Source: an uncultured Candidatus Sumerlaeota bacterium
Lineage (GTDB): Bacteria > Sumerlaeota > Sumerlaeia > MWCT01 > JAGHBZ01
Direction of reading: 5' to 3'
DNA length: 64,000 nt
Assembly (NCBI GenBank): GCA_964608095.1
Contig: CAZSMK010000068.1
Coordinates: forward strand, 41,742 to 105,741
The notes below the pieces were generated by a model. The model had not been told where the DNA came from. It saw nothing but the letters and a program-made list of their open reading frames with translations, and made no database searches. The position numbers and the translations under genes were made by a program. This document shows positions 1-10,476 of this stretch, piece after piece; position 1 is the first letter of the stretch, and each line of letters starts with the position of its first letter.

Positions 1-604
1 GTTCACGAAGGGTCGGTCTGCCGATATAATCCTTTGCAACATGTATGGCATCATCTTTATAGATAAGCCCATCTTCTCCTCTTGAAAACAAAGGGACTCC
101 CTCTACTTTATATTGTGCGGGTAAGGATACTATCATGGGCGATACGTTTTTACACTCGTGTGGTGATGCGTATATCCCCTGGATGTAATAAGTTCCCGCG
201 TCCGGTGTTACCGTGGTGAACAGAAATTTTCTTGTGAGGATTTTACCGGGTGCAATCTCTGTGGTAAGCGATAAATCTTCTTTGGGACTGAAGACCGGTT
301 TTTGTTTAACACGATTCATGGTGTCCTCAGTCCACCATAAAAAATCCACAGAGTCAGCGTTGAGATGGCGCGCATTAAGAGAATCGGATGCGACGTTTTT
401 TACCTGGACTTCCACAAGGAGGGCTTCACTCGGACGTAACGGCTGTTCCGGAAGTTCTAAGGTTATCTCAAAGACTTCTTCATACGAGGAAGGCTGCTTG
501 AGAAGACTGCAACTCGAAATGATAAGGCCGCAAAAAACCAATAAGGCTACGGTGAAAATTCCCTGGTTAAAGGACCGATTTGCTAAAGCATTGATTTTAA
601 TCAA
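1..604 (-). CDS. Hypothetical lipoprotein, partial (C-terminus lies beyond the window start). Not in the supplied ORF track because it has no stop inside the window
   Basis: My own reverse-strand translation gives an uninterrupted reading frame from a TTG at 604-602 (AAGGA 8 nt upstream) to position 1. The N-terminus (L)IKINALANRSFNQGIFTVALLVFCGLIISSC has a charged n-region, a hydrophobic core and a lipobox-like IISSC. It lies downstream of and co-oriented with the histidine kinase. Confidence 0.45.
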   Translation of the reverse strand, partial: MIKINALANRSFNQGIFTVALLVFCGLIISSCSLLKQPSSYEEVFEITLELPEQPLRPSEALLVEVQVKNVASDSLNARHLNADSVDFLWWTEDTMNRVKQKPVFSPKEDLSLTTEIAPGKILTRKFLFTTVTPDAGTYYIQGIYASPHECKNVSPMIVSLPAQYKVEGVPLFSRGEDGLIYKDDAIHVAKDYIGRPTLRE

Positions 605-742
605 CGGAACTATCCTTTACGTTTGTTGGTTAACATAAAAATTTAACGCATTCGAATATTTAGTATGGAAACGTATGTTAAGCAGGTATTAGGGAAATGT
701 TAAAAGTTGGTTATTTTTGTGGAGCGAAGAAAGCTGGTTTTT

Positions 743-2476
743 TCAGGAGGGATTCAATGGCAGCTGAATCGTAAATTTTGTTCCGGTGCCGGGTGTGCTC
801 TCCACTGTTATTATGCCGTTATGAAGCAGGACGATATGCTTGACAATCGAGAGGCCAAGGCCGGTGCCCCCGAGTTTTCTCGACCGCGATTTGTCAACCA
901 CATAAAACCGCTCGAACACACGCGACAGATGGTCGCGCGGTATGCCGATACCCGTATCCTTGACGGCGATTTGCACATAACCATCACTCGGAGCGACCGA
1001 TATCGTAATCGTTCCCCGCTCGGTATATTTGACGGCATTATCAATCAAATTGATAAAGACCTGCTCCAGCCGAAAAGGGTCCGCCGTGATAACGGGGAGG
1101 GGCTCCTTGACCTCCAGATTCAGAGACAGTCCCTTTTCCTTGATCTTTGATTCATAAAGCGGGAAAAGGTTTTGAATCAATTCTTGGAGGTCGACCTCTT
1201 GCAACGCAAGACCGCCTGCAGAGTCTTCAAGCTCCGATAATGTCAGGAGATCGTTTACGATATTGACAAGGCGTTCTGTGTTTCGCCTCACCATTTCAAG
1301 GTAACGTCGGCTCTCGTTTTCCACAGTTTCTTCGAGCGTTTCAACAGCGCCCAGAATCGCGGAAAGCGGCGTTCTCAACTCATGAGAGACATTGACGACA
1401 AAATCTTTTTTGATTTTCTGAACCTGTTTCATCTCGGTAATGTCGTGAAGGGCAAGGACAATTTCCTGCGCCGCCGGCATGTACGTCGCCCCGCAGAGAT
1501 AATGGCGATTATTCACTTCTATCTCTTCAGAAAGATAAGGACGTTCTTTTCCGGTGTTCTTGACCAGATCGCCCAGGCGCGGTTCCCTCAACACCTCCCA
1601 GTACATCTTTCCTTCAACCGGTGTGGTGTCGACAATCTTTTCGAAACACCTGTTACTGAGTATTATCTCCCCCTTTTTGTTAAGCACGGCAAGCCCTTCC
1701 TGGATAGAAGCAATGAGGGTGTTCAACGATTCTTTGCGTTCAGAAAGTTCATCTATAAGCGACTTGATTTTCGCGACCATGTGGTTGAAGCTCTGGGCGA
1801 GCTGCCCGAACTCATCGCGGTTCTTAATAAAGATTTTGGTATCGAAATCACCGTCGGCAACCCGTTGAGCCGCATGAGTCAACTCCCTGAGCGGCGAGGT
1901 CAGTGTTCGGGCGAACAAAGCCGACAACACCAGAGCGACAAGAATGACAAAGAGTGCAACATTGGCAATATCGGTTTTTAAATTGTTGAGCAGTTCGTTT
2001 ATCTGGTTCAACGATAGACTGGTTCTCAACACGGCTACGGTCTTGCCATGAGATTCGATAGGAAGCGCAACATAAAGCATTCTTTTCTCAACGGTGGTGC
2101 TGAAACGACGCGATTCGCCGATCTCGCGTTCAAGCGCCTGGATGATCTCTGGCCTGTCGCTATGATTCCTCATTTTCCCCGGGTCTTCCATAGAATCCGC
2201 CCATACCGTCCCATCAGGTGAAATGACGGTGATACGAACTTCAAGGTCTTCTCCGAGCTGTCGGACACGACGTTTCAATTCTTCCAATTCCTTGTCTTCG
2301 ATAAAGGGGAGCAAACCCGCTTCAAGACTGGTGCCGATATTCTTGAGCCGAGTCGATTGACTTGTCTCATAATACGTTCGGATAGTTTTAAACGTGAAGA
2401 GTAATATCAAAAAAGACAGGACAAGAATGACAAGAATATAGCCGAGCACTATTTTTATGAAGAAAAAATGCTTCAT
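743..2476 (-). CDS. Sensor histidine kinase (TM, HAMP, PAS, HisKA, HATPase_c), PhoR-like architecture
   Basis: 577 aa. Two N-terminal hydrophobic segments. H-box VSHELRTPLSAILG. N/G-box motifs (DNAVKYT, DTGIGIP, GGTGLGLSIV). 4-bp ATGA overlap with the upstream response regulator. Confidence 0.85.
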   Translation of the reverse strand: MKHFFFIKIVLGYILVILVLSFLILLFTFKTIRTYYETSQSTRLKNIGTSLEAGLLPFIEDKELEELKRRVRQLGEDLEVRITVISPDGTVWADSMEDPGKMRNHSDRPEIIQALEREIGESRRFSTTVEKRMLYVALPIESHGKTVAVLRTSLSLNQINELLNNLKTDIANVALFVILVALVLSALFARTLTSPLRELTHAAQRVADGDFDTKIFIKNRDEFGQLAQSFNHMVAKIKSLIDELSERKESLNTLIASIQEGLAVLNKKGEIILSNRCFEKIVDTTPVEGKMYWEVLREPRLGDLVKNTGKERPYLSEEIEVNNRHYLCGATYMPAAQEIVLALHDITEMKQVQKIKKDFVVNVSHELRTPLSAILGAVETLEETVENESRRYLEMVRRNTERLVNIVNDLLTLSELEDSAGGLALQEVDLQELIQNLFPLYESKIKEKGLSLNLEVKEPLPVITADPFRLEQVFINLIDNAVKYTERGTITISVAPSDGYVQIAVKDTGIGIPRDHLSRVFERFYVVDKSRSRKLGGTGLGLSIVKHIVLLHNGIITVESTPGTGTKFTIQLPLNPS

Positions 2477-3171
2477 ACATCCAGCTTATAACCAACTCCG
2501 CGAACATTTTGAATGAGTTTTCCCGCTGCGCCGAGTTTTTCTCTCAAATGCTTGATATGCACATCGACGGTTCTATCAACCACCGCTTTCTCATGACCCC
2601 AGAGATTATACAGTATCTGGTCACGCGTAAACACCCATCCTTTTCGTTCGCATAACATTTTAAGTATTCGAAACTCTGTAGAAGTAAGTGCGACTTTCTT
2701 GCCCTTAACGCGTGCCTCGAATTTATGCGGATCAATCGTAAGGATCGATTCGATTTCTATCTTATCCTCATCGGGTCTGCTTTCCTGTCTTCTGAGCACC
2801 GCCTTGACACGCGCGACAAGTTCACGGGGCGAAAACGGTTTGGTGACGTAATCATCCGCGCCAAGCTCGAGCCCGAGGATTTTATCCGCCTCCTCGCCCT
2901 TTGCCGACAGGATAATTATAGGAATAGAGGCAAGATGTTCTTTTTTTTTCATATACTTGCAAATGTCGATGCCGTCGGCATCGGGCAACATCAAATCCAG
3001 TATGACCAGATCAGGTCTGTAGCTCTTAATAAATGTGTACAACCCGTTGGCATCGGCGAATCCTCTTACATCGAAACCGTTTTTCTTCAGATGGAAGGAA
3101 ACCAGTTCAAGGATATCGGGCTCGTCGTCAACGATGGCAATCAACGCACTCATCTTTTTTATACCGTCCAC
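2473..3171 (-). CDS. OmpR/PhoB-family response regulator (REC plus winged-helix)
   Basis: 232 aa. Receiver motifs (IVDDEPDI, LVILDLMLPDADG, KPF). C-terminal trans_reg_C (RVDVHIKHLREKL, VRGVGYKL). Confidence 0.9.
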   Translation of the reverse strand: MDGIKKMSALIAIVDDEPDILELVSFHLKKNGFDVRGFADANGLYTFIKSYRPDLVILDLMLPDADGIDICKYMKKKEHLASIPIIILSAKGEEADKILGLELGADDYVTKPFSPRELVARVKAVLRRQESRPDEDKIEIESILTIDPHKFEARVKGKKVALTSTEFRILKMLCERKGWVFTRDQILYNLWGHEKAVVDRTVDVHIKHLREKLGAAGKLIQNVRGVGYKLDV

Positions 3172-3273
3172 GCAGAATGATCAGATTCAGTCATAACAAA
3201 AGGTTGATTGGAATATCAACTTATTGTTTTTCGATTTAAAAGATTCGTTTCAAGAGTTGACGAGAAAAAGGCA

Positions 3274-4236
3274 TCAAATCTGCAGCGCGAGCGCGGCAAG
3301 CCCGATAGCGCCGGCATCATCGCCAAGAGCGGCAGGCACGATCCGCATCGTGTCAGCGATTCCGGGCATGGCGCGCCGGCGGACTTCACGCCGTGCAGGC
3401 TCTAAAAGCATCTCGCCCGCCTTGCTTACGCCTCCACCGATGACGACGACATCCGGGTTGAATATGTTCCCGAGGTTCGTGATTCCAATCCCGAGAAGAA
3501 CACCCGTCTTTTCCATAATTTCACGGGCAAGCGAATCATTTTGTTGCGCGGCTTCAAAGACCGCTTCAGCCGTAAGCTTTTCGGGCAGGTGCTGCACTGT
3601 ATCCGAAAGAATAGAAGTCTCACCTGCATCGATACGTGAACGAATGCGTTTCACAATTCCTGTTGCCGATATATATGCTTCGAGACACCCTTTGCTCCCG
3701 CACGGACATTTCAATCCATCGTATTTGATTGTCATGTGCCCTAATTCAGCGCCAATGAACTGCGCGCCACTGAATATTTTTCCATCAATAACTATGCCTC
3801 CCCCGACGCCGGTCCCGAGCGTAAGGCAAATCAGGACTTTGCTGCCTTTGCCGGCACCTTTCCAGAACTCGCCGTACGCAGCCGCGTTCGCATCGTTTTC
3901 AATCCGAACGGGAAGAGCAACCTCTCGTGCTACTCGATCTCTAAGTGGAACGTTATGCCATCCAGGGAGATTCGGCGTGGTAAGAACGATTCCCGTCTCC
4001 GGATTCAGTGGACCTGGTGCGCTGATTCCAATACCATGGATTGTTCCTCCATTCTCTTCCACCTTATTAATCAATTCCCTGAGTATGGCGACCATATCAG
4101 CTATTATATCATCCGGTCCCTCTCCCTGGCGCGTCTGTTTTGTCCGCGATGAAATCAGCTCGCCGCTTCGTGTCATTACAATTGCTTTTATATTTGTCCC
4201 GCCAAGATCAAGCCCTATGGCAACTTTTTCTTTCAT
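3274..4236 (-). CDS. ROK-family glucokinase
   Basis: 320 aa. N-terminal IGLDLGGTNIK ATPase motif. ROK zinc motif CPCGSKGCLEAY. ENDANAAAYGE. Confidence 0.85.
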   Translation of the reverse strand: MKEKVAIGLDLGGTNIKAIVMTRSGELISSRTKQTRQGEGPDDIIADMVAILRELINKVEENGGTIHGIGISAPGPLNPETGIVLTTPNLPGWHNVPLRDRVAREVALPVRIENDANAAAYGEFWKGAGKGSKVLICLTLGTGVGGGIVIDGKIFSGAQFIGAELGHMTIKYDGLKCPCGSKGCLEAYISATGIVKRIRSRIDAGETSILSDTVQHLPEKLTAEAVFEAAQQNDSLAREIMEKTGVLLGIGITNLGNIFNPDVVVIGGGVSKAGEMLLEPARREVRRRAMPGIADTMRIVPAALGDDAGAIGLAALALQI

Positions 4237-4614
4237 TCCTTGTTTCCTTTCAGGTTCATATTTTGTAGTAGTTTTGTATATAAATTACCATATATGATTA
4301 AAGTGAACGATTCTCTACGAAAAAGCATATTTGCGTTGACGTCTCCTTTTTCTCCGTCTTAATCTTGCTTCATTCCTTTTTATCGTTAAAGAAGCGCGAA
4401 AAAGGAAAGGAAGTTATGATGTATACTTGCCCTAAGCCAACTTTTTTTCGGTCGCAGAGTCGTATATACTAACGCGTGTATTATGACATGGCGGTGTATT
4501 TTTCAAATAAAATTGACTTTTAACCCTATTATATAATATAAAATATAAAAGAGGATATGTTGATCTCAGGGATTAAATAATTTTCAGGATCATACCGTAA
4601 GGAGGATTTAGTAA

Positions 4615-7086
4615 ATGATAGACAAGACACCACCGACTCCGGGATGGAGAGAAGTTATGAGGCTAAGCAAGCAGGAAGCCGGGCGGTTGGGTCATAACCA
4701 TATTGGTCCCGAGCACTACCTGCTTGGTATTGTTCGAAAGGGAGATGGTCTGGCGGTTCAGGTTCTCAACAATTTGAACATAGACCTCGAGGATCTCAAG
4801 ATGGAGCTCGAGCGAATGCTTGATGTAGGAAAAGGAACGACCGTTGGCTTTTTCCAGCAGAACGCAGATGCCAAACGTGTCATAGAATCTGCTCGCCAGA
4901 TTGCACGGCAGATGAGGCACAACTGGGTCGGCACCGAACATCTCCTTCTTGCGTTGCTCAAAGAAGAAGATACGCTCGCTGCGAAGTGTCTTCGCAATTT
5001 CCGTCTCGATTTCAAAAACGTTCAACGCGAAGTATACGCCCTCACCGACGGAAGTGCGTATAATTTAAAGAATAAAGAGGATTTCGAGAAGTCCAAGACA
5101 CCGGCGCTCGATACCTTTGGCAGAGACCTGACTCAACTTGCACGGGAGAAAAAACTCGATCCCGTTATCGGGCGCGATACAGAAATTGAACGGATTCTCC
5201 AGATATTGTGTCGGCGTACAAAGAACAACCCCATTCTTATCGGCGAACCCGGCGTGGGGAAAACCGCCATAGTAGAAGGTCTTGCACAGAAAATAATTAA
5301 CGGGGACGTCCCGGAACTTTTGCAGAATAAGCGCGTGATATGTCTTGATCTGGCAGCCATTGTAGCGGGAACGAAATACCGTGGTCAGTTTGAAGAACGT
5401 TTGAAAGCAATCATGCAAGAGATTCGTCGGTCAGGAGACGTGGTTATCTTCATCGACGAGCTGCATACCCTGATCGGAGCCGGCGCTGCTGAAGGCGCTA
5501 TCGACGCCTCCAATATGTTAAAACCAGCGCTGAGCAGAGGCGAAATACAGTGCATCGGCGCTACCACTCTCGAAGAGTACAGGAAACACATCGAGAAAGA
5601 CGGTGCACTCGAACGGCGCTTTCAGACTATTATGGTTAACCCGCCTACCCTTGATGAAACCGTAGAAATTCTCAAGGGGCTACGAAGCCGCTACGAGGAG
5701 CATCACGGCGTGATCATCTCAGATGAATGTAACGAAACGGCGGTATATCTGACCGATCGATATGTTGCAGACCGCAATCTTCCCGATAAAGCCATAGACG
5801 TGATTGACGAAGCCGGAAGTCGTGCTCGTTTGCAAGCGGATGTAAAACCCCAGGAGTTGCGCGACCATGAGAAAGAAATCCAGCGCCTGGAAGAAGAAAT
5901 CAGAACGAACAAAAACGCCCAGGAATACGAGAAATGCCAGGAGATAAAAGTAGAGCGCGACGAGTTGATTCGCCGGCGCGATCAACTCTATGCGGAATGG
6001 CGACAGAAAAAAGTCGATCCCTCGTACAAGAAAGTCATCAGCGCAGACGATGTCGCATATATTGTGTCTCGCTGGACTGGCATTCCGGTGTTCAAACTGG
6101 AGGAAGAAGAGTCAGAGAAACTGCTGCGGATGGAAGAGGAGATTTCCAAGCGCGTGGTAAGCCAGGAAGATGCGATAAACACCATTGCAAAAGCAATTCG
6201 GCGCGCACGAGCAGGCTTGAAAGACCCGAACCGTCCGACCGGTTCATTCCTCTTTCTCGGTCCTACCGGCGTAGGAAAGACCGAGCTGGCAAAGGCGCTT
6301 GCCGAATTCCTTTTTGGCAATGAACAAGCGCTTATACGCATTGATATGTCGGAGTATATGGAGAAACATACGGTAAGCCGCCTTCTGGGCGCCCCGCCCG
6401 GATATGTCGGCTACGAGGAAGGCGGTCAGCTGACTGAAAAGGTACGGCGCCGTCCATACTCCGTGGTCCTTCTCGATGAAATCGAGAAAGCTCATCCCGA
6501 GGTGTTCGGAATCCTTCTCCAGGTCTTCGATGAGGGACGACTTACCGACAGCTGGGGGCATGTGGTTGATTTTCGCAACACCGTAGTGATTATGACCTCC
6601 AACCTGGGAACACGCAGGATTAAGAAAGACGGCGGACTGGGTTTCCATGCACGCGGCAATGTCTTCGACTACAAGTCGATGAAAGACAAAGTCATGACTG
6701 ATGTCAAAAAGCTGTTCAATCCTGAGTTTTTAAACCGGCTGGATGAATCCATTGTGTTCAAACCTCTTACTGAAGAAGACATCCTCAAGATTGTCGACAT
6801 CATGATCGGCAGACTGAACCTGCGTCTCAAAAGTAAGGGAATCAGGTTGACGATTAACGATGATGTTCGCGCATTCCTTGTTCAGAAAGGTTACGACCCC
6901 GAATACGGAGCGCGTCCGCTCAGACGCACTATTCAGAAATATATCGAAGATCCGTTGAGTATCGAGATAATCGAGTCATCGATCAGGCAAAACTCCGACG
7001 TTGAGGCACAGATCGAAGCCGGCAAGATCGTGTTCCGTTCAGTTGAAGAAGACCATATGATGGCTAAAACGCCGACTTCAGAATAG
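4615..7086 (+). CDS. clpC: ATP-dependent Clp protease ATP-binding subunit ClpC (two Clp_N repeats, AAA1, short UVR-like linker, AAA2)
   Basis: 823 aa. Walker A GEPGVGKT and GPTGVGKT. Sensor/arginine-finger regions. Short middle linker favours ClpC over ClpB. AGGAGG at 4598-4603 upstream of the ATG. Confidence 0.9.
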   Translation: MIDKTPPTPGWREVMRLSKQEAGRLGHNHIGPEHYLLGIVRKGDGLAVQVLNNLNIDLEDLKMELERMLDVGKGTTVGFFQQNADAKRVIESARQIARQMRHNWVGTEHLLLALLKEEDTLAAKCLRNFRLDFKNVQREVYALTDGSAYNLKNKEDFEKSKTPALDTFGRDLTQLAREKKLDPVIGRDTEIERILQILCRRTKNNPILIGEPGVGKTAIVEGLAQKIINGDVPELLQNKRVICLDLAAIVAGTKYRGQFEERLKAIMQEIRRSGDVVIFIDELHTLIGAGAAEGAIDASNMLKPALSRGEIQCIGATTLEEYRKHIEKDGALERRFQTIMVNPPTLDETVEILKGLRSRYEEHHGVIISDECNETAVYLTDRYVADRNLPDKAIDVIDEAGSRARLQADVKPQELRDHEKEIQRLEEEIRTNKNAQEYEKCQEIKVERDELIRRRDQLYAEWRQKKVDPSYKKVISADDVAYIVSRWTGIPVFKLEEEESEKLLRMEEEISKRVVSQEDAINTIAKAIRRARAGLKDPNRPTGSFLFLGPTGVGKTELAKALAEFLFGNEQALIRIDMSEYMEKHTVSRLLGAPPGYVGYEEGGQLTEKVRRRPYSVVLLDEIEKAHPEVFGILLQVFDEGRLTDSWGHVVDFRNTVVIMTSNLGTRRIKKDGGLGFHARGNVFDYKSMKDKVMTDVKKLFNPEFLNRLDESIVFKPLTEEDILKIVDIMIGRLNLRLKSKGIRLTINDDVRAFLVQKGYDPEYGARPLRRTIQKYIEDPLSIEIIESSIRQNSDVEAQIEAGKIVFRSVEEDHMMAKTPTSE

Positions 7087-7145
7087 CTGTTGCAACCTTA
7101 ACGAACCATTGTATACTGAATGCTGTAGAGTAAGAACCAACACAA

Positions 7146-7175
7146 GGGACGTCAGAAACGACGTCCCTTTTTTTC
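7146..7175 (+). terminator. Rho-independent terminator after clpC
   Basis: gggacgtc-agaaac-gacgtccc, a perfect 8-bp GC-rich stem with a 6-nt loop, followed by tttttttc. Confidence 0.7.
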
Positions 7176-7236
7176 TTGAACCTTGTATATAGTAATGATA
7201 AAGATTGATTCAGATTTTTTTGGGGGTAAATAAAGA

Positions 7237-7686
7237 ATGGCGGAAAAAACAATTATAAACATAGTAAACGTACCGCAGCCCATCGGCCCTTACTCTCAGG
7301 GTGTCAAATACGGGAATTTGGTGTTTTTATCGGGGCAGATAGCGCTTGATCCAAAGACGAATAAGATAATAGGCGATGATACAGCTCAGCAGACGCAGCG
7401 CTGTCTTCAAAATATAAAGCACATCCTTGAGTCCACCGGCGGATCGATTTTTAATGTGGTTAAAATCACCGTTTACCTTATTTCATTAGACGATTTTGAG
7501 GCGGTCAATAACGTCTTTAAAGAAGTGTTCACCGTAGATCCACCGGCACGCACCACCGTGCAGGTAGCGGCTCTTCCCAAAAAAGCACGTGTAGAGCTCG
7601 ACGTTATCGCCTGCATATCTGAAAGCAGACCAGAAGGCGGTGGACTTTTAACCGACGACAAAAATCGCGAGGTCGGCTTGTTTTAA
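7237..7686 (+). CDS. RidA/YjgF/L-PSP family protein with a short C-terminal extension
   Basis: 149 aa. Core PIGPYSQGVKYGNLVFLSGQIALDP...ARTTVQVAALP is typical of the RidA fold. Confidence 0.8.
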   Translation: MAEKTIINIVNVPQPIGPYSQGVKYGNLVFLSGQIALDPKTNKIIGDDTAQQTQRCLQNIKHILESTGGSIFNVVKITVYLISLDDFEAVNNVFKEVFTVDPPARTTVQVAALPKKARVELDVIACISESRPEGGGLLTDDKNREVGLF

Positions 7687-8045
7687 CATCCCGCTGTGAT
7701 AGCTCATTTGAAATAAAACAATCCCGTGTATGCCTTGAATATAGACAACCTCGAATAGTGAATTCTCCCTTCGGTTTTATTATCGTGCTCATTGTATCTC
7801 GAGTGCGTTCATTTCAGAAAGGAAATTGAAGGTCTTATGCGGGCGCAGTTCCTATGGAACAACGCCCAACCTTTGTTCTTGTGCACCCCATAGCACAAAA
7901 CCTCTGGTGTCTGCACCTCGTCAGAAGAAATCCGCCCTCGATATTCACATCATGTGTATTCCATACGTCCTATTTGTCCTGACTCATTCCCACTGTTGTG
8001 GGCGGATTTATAATGTGCGTTCTCGGGGTTTTACAATAGATAGGA

Positions 8046-9452
8046 TTACAGCTCGACTGCGTCGCCGTAAGAAGGAATATACACATCGAGGTTGAGTTCT
8101 TCCCTGAGGCGAGATGCAAAAGGCTCGGATTGCTCCGGTTCCCCATGCACGACTAAAACCTTTTTTAGCGGTCGAAGATCGTTCATCTTTTTCACAAACT
8201 TGAAGAGATCATCCGCATCCGCATGGGCGCTGAATTCGTCCATGACCGCAACCTGCGCTCGAAGCTTGTAAGGCTCGCCGAAGATATTAACGGTTTCACA
8301 CCGTTCAACAATCCGCCGCCCGAGTGTATTCCTCGCCTGATACCCCACAATGAGCACCATGTTACGGGGGTCCTCGATGTTGTTTTTAAGATGGTGAAGA
8401 ATCCTGCCGGCTTCGCACATCCCGCTCGCAGAGATAATGATCATCGGTCCCTTCATGTCGTTGAGCTCTTTGGATTTGCTCACCTCGCGAATGTAGGTCA
8501 ATTGATAAAAGCCGAATGGATCATCGGCTTGCATAACGATTTCGCGGGTTTCCGCATCGAAACATTCCGGGTGAAGCCGGAAAATCTCCGTCACATTAAC
8601 GGCAAGCGGGCTATCTACAAAAACCGGCACGTGAGGCAATCGCCCTTCATCCCACAGCTCTTTCAAACAATACACCAGCTCCTGGGTCCGCTCAACGGCA
8701 AACGACGGGATTATTACTTTCCCGCCCTTATCAAGGACAGGATATAGATTGTTGAATAAGGTCTCTTTTGCCTTATCTATAGGATTGTGTTTTCGATTGC
8801 CGTAAGTACTCTCGATAATGAGGTAATCAGCGCCTTCTGACGGAATCTGTGGATCGCGAAGAATAGGGAGGTTTTTACGTCCCAGGTCACCCGAGAACAC
8901 CAGCCGTGTCTCCTTCCCGTTCTCCTCGATGGACAAGTCAACAATGGCTGAGCCGAGGATATGTCCCGCATCCCAGAAACGGCATCGTACTCCCTCCACC
9001 GGCTCGAAGGTTCGCCAATAATGTACGCCGAGAAACAACTCGAGAGCCTTCTCCGCATCGGGGATTGTATATAAAGGCGTTATTTCCGGGAGGTTTTTCC
9101 GGCGCAACTTTTTGTTCATATATTCTGCATCTCTTTCCTGGATGTATGCGCTGTCGAGAAGCATCGCGTTGCACAAATCATCCGTTGCGCTGGTACAGTA
9201 AATATCTTTGTCGAACCCCTGTTTGACGAGGTTGGGAATGTTGCCGCTGTGATCAATGTGCGCATGGCTGAGAATCAAGGCATCGAGGTGGCGAGGATCA
9301 AAAGGAAAATTAAGATTAAGCTCGCGTGCTTCCGCTCTCTTCCCCTGGAATAATCCGCATTCCAACAAAAAAGCCGTATCGCCTCTGTTGGTACTGATAA
9401 AATGACGTGATCCCGTGGTCTGTCTGGTTGCGCCCCAGAATTCTATCCGCAT
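8046..9452 (-). CDS. MBL-fold metallo-hydrolase with beta-CASP and RNA-metabolising domains (CPSF/RNase J-like nuclease family)
   Basis: 468 aa. HAHIDHSG (HxHxDH) motif. Later conserved D/H residues. Length and architecture of beta-CASP proteins. Confidence 0.75.
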   Translation of the reverse strand: MRIEFWGATRQTTGSRHFISTNRGDTAFLLECGLFQGKRAEARELNLNFPFDPRHLDALILSHAHIDHSGNIPNLVKQGFDKDIYCTSATDDLCNAMLLDSAYIQERDAEYMNKKLRRKNLPEITPLYTIPDAEKALELFLGVHYWRTFEPVEGVRCRFWDAGHILGSAIVDLSIEENGKETRLVFSGDLGRKNLPILRDPQIPSEGADYLIIESTYGNRKHNPIDKAKETLFNNLYPVLDKGGKVIIPSFAVERTQELVYCLKELWDEGRLPHVPVFVDSPLAVNVTEIFRLHPECFDAETREIVMQADDPFGFYQLTYIREVSKSKELNDMKGPMIIISASGMCEAGRILHHLKNNIEDPRNMVLIVGYQARNTLGRRIVERCETVNIFGEPYKLRAQVAVMDEFSAHADADDLFKFVKKMNDLRPLKKVLVVHGEPEQSEPFASRLREELNLDVYIPSYGDAVEL

Positions 9453-9470
9453 GGTTCAATTCCTTGTTCG

Positions 9471-10166
9471 TTATTTATGGACGAGGTGCAGGTGGTTGCA
9501 GATCGAGTCGAAGATAAGTTTTCCGTCCGTCGAGCCGAGAATCGACTCGCAGCAACGTTCCGGGTGCGGCATTATACCGAGCACATTTCCGTCCTTATTC
9601 ACAATTCCCGCAATATTATTAATCGCACCGTTCGGATTGCTTTCATCAGTTACATCGCCGTGTTCGGAGCAATAGCGGAACACGACCTGGCGATTCTGCT
9701 CGAGGCTCTCGAGCCCTTCGGGGTCGATAAAATAGTTACCCATCATGTGAGCGATGGGTATACGCAACACATGTTTATCAAGATTCGAGAAGGGCGTTTC
9801 CTTGTTTTCGACCTTCACGTACACATACTTACAAATGAACTGTAGCGAGCGGTTCTGTAACATAGCGCCGGGTAGAAGTCCAGCTTCGAGCAAAATCTGG
9901 AAGCCGTTACATATCCCGATAACGAGTCCGCCGTTGTTAGCAAACTCGACCACGGATTGCATGACGGGAGAGAACCGCGCGATGATTCCGGGTCGGAGAT
10001 AGTCGCCGTAAGAAAATCCGCCGGGCAACACCAGGCAGTCGAACCGTTTGGTGATCTCCCGGCTATGCCAGACATATTCGACGTCAACACCGATAACGTC
10101 GCGCAGCGCAAAATAACAATCCGTATCGCAATTAGAACCCGGAAATACTATTACGCCGAATCTCAT
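9471..10166 (-). CDS. purQ: Phosphoribosylformylglycinamidine synthase glutaminase subunit PurQ
   Basis: 231 aa. Class I glutamine amidotransferase motifs ([15 protein letters not shown]). Directly downstream of purS. Confidence 0.9.
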   Translation of the reverse strand: MRFGVIVFPGSNCDTDCYFALRDVIGVDVEYVWHSREITKRFDCLVLPGGFSYGDYLRPGIIARFSPVMQSVVEFANNGGLVIGICNGFQILLEAGLLPGAMLQNRSLQFICKYVYVKVENKETPFSNLDKHVLRIPIAHMMGNYFIDPEGLESLEQNRQVVFRYCSEHGDVTDESNPNGAINNIAGIVNKDGNVLGIMPHPERCCESILGSTDGKLIFDSICNHLHLVHK

Positions 10167-10441
10167 GATTGTTGAACGCTCCCCGGTTTCGATGAATTTG
10201 TTTCTATCGAGAATGAATAATCTTCAATTACGGGATTTGAAAGTACGTCATGGCAGATTTTGGTTATCTGTTCGTTCACCTGTTCTTCGTCGTCAGTGTC
10301 GAAATAGAGAACAAAAAATTTACCAGCGTCCACCCGTGAGACCGACGAGAATCCAAGGGTTTGTAATGCATTCCGAATCGTAATACCTCGCGGATCCATG
10401 ACGTCCGGTTTGAGCGATACATTAACTTTGACTTTTATCAT
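10163..10441 (-). CDS. purS: Phosphoribosylformylglycinamidine synthase subunit PurS
   Basis: 92 aa. [22 protein letters not shown] is the PurS signature. ATGA overlap with purQ. Confidence 0.8.
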   Translation of the reverse strand: MIKVKVNVSLKPDVMDPRGITIRNALQTLGFSSVSRVDAGKFFVLYFDTDDEEQVNEQITKICHDVLSNPVIEDYSFSIETNSSKPGSVQQS

Positions 10442-10476
10442 ATCGACGTTCCTCTTAAAAAAAATGTGCTGTTTGT

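Noticed and set aside
213-638. 141-aa plus-strand ORF in the ORF track
   Set aside because: It is antisense to a longer, better-supported minus-strand lipoprotein reading frame (1-604) that has an RBS and signal peptide. Its own product has no motif and an odd composition
707-1150. 147-aa and 77-aa ORFs overlapping the histidine kinase gene
   Set aside because: They lie in alternative frames or antisense inside a well-supported 577-aa kinase ORF and are typical shadow ORFs. The same applies to 3224-4297 (antisense to glk), 23698-24633 and 24534-26216 (antisense to alaS), and 19815-21533 (antisense to GH3)
4237-4614. Search for a CtsR operator (GGTCAAA direct repeat) or CIRCE upstream of clpC, and a sigma-70 promoter TTGACT(4513-4518)/TATAAT(4532-4537)
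   Set aside because: No CtsR or CIRCE consensus was found. The -35/-10 pair has a 13-nt spacer, too short for a standard promoter, so it is not reported as a feature
7925-8012. 10-bp inverted repeat aaatccgccc ... gggcggattt separated by about 68 nt between convergent ridA and the beta-CASP gene
   Set aside because: The loop is too long and there is no flanking T- or A-run, so it is not a credible intrinsic terminator. It could be chance or a protein site, and a single IR is not enough to call
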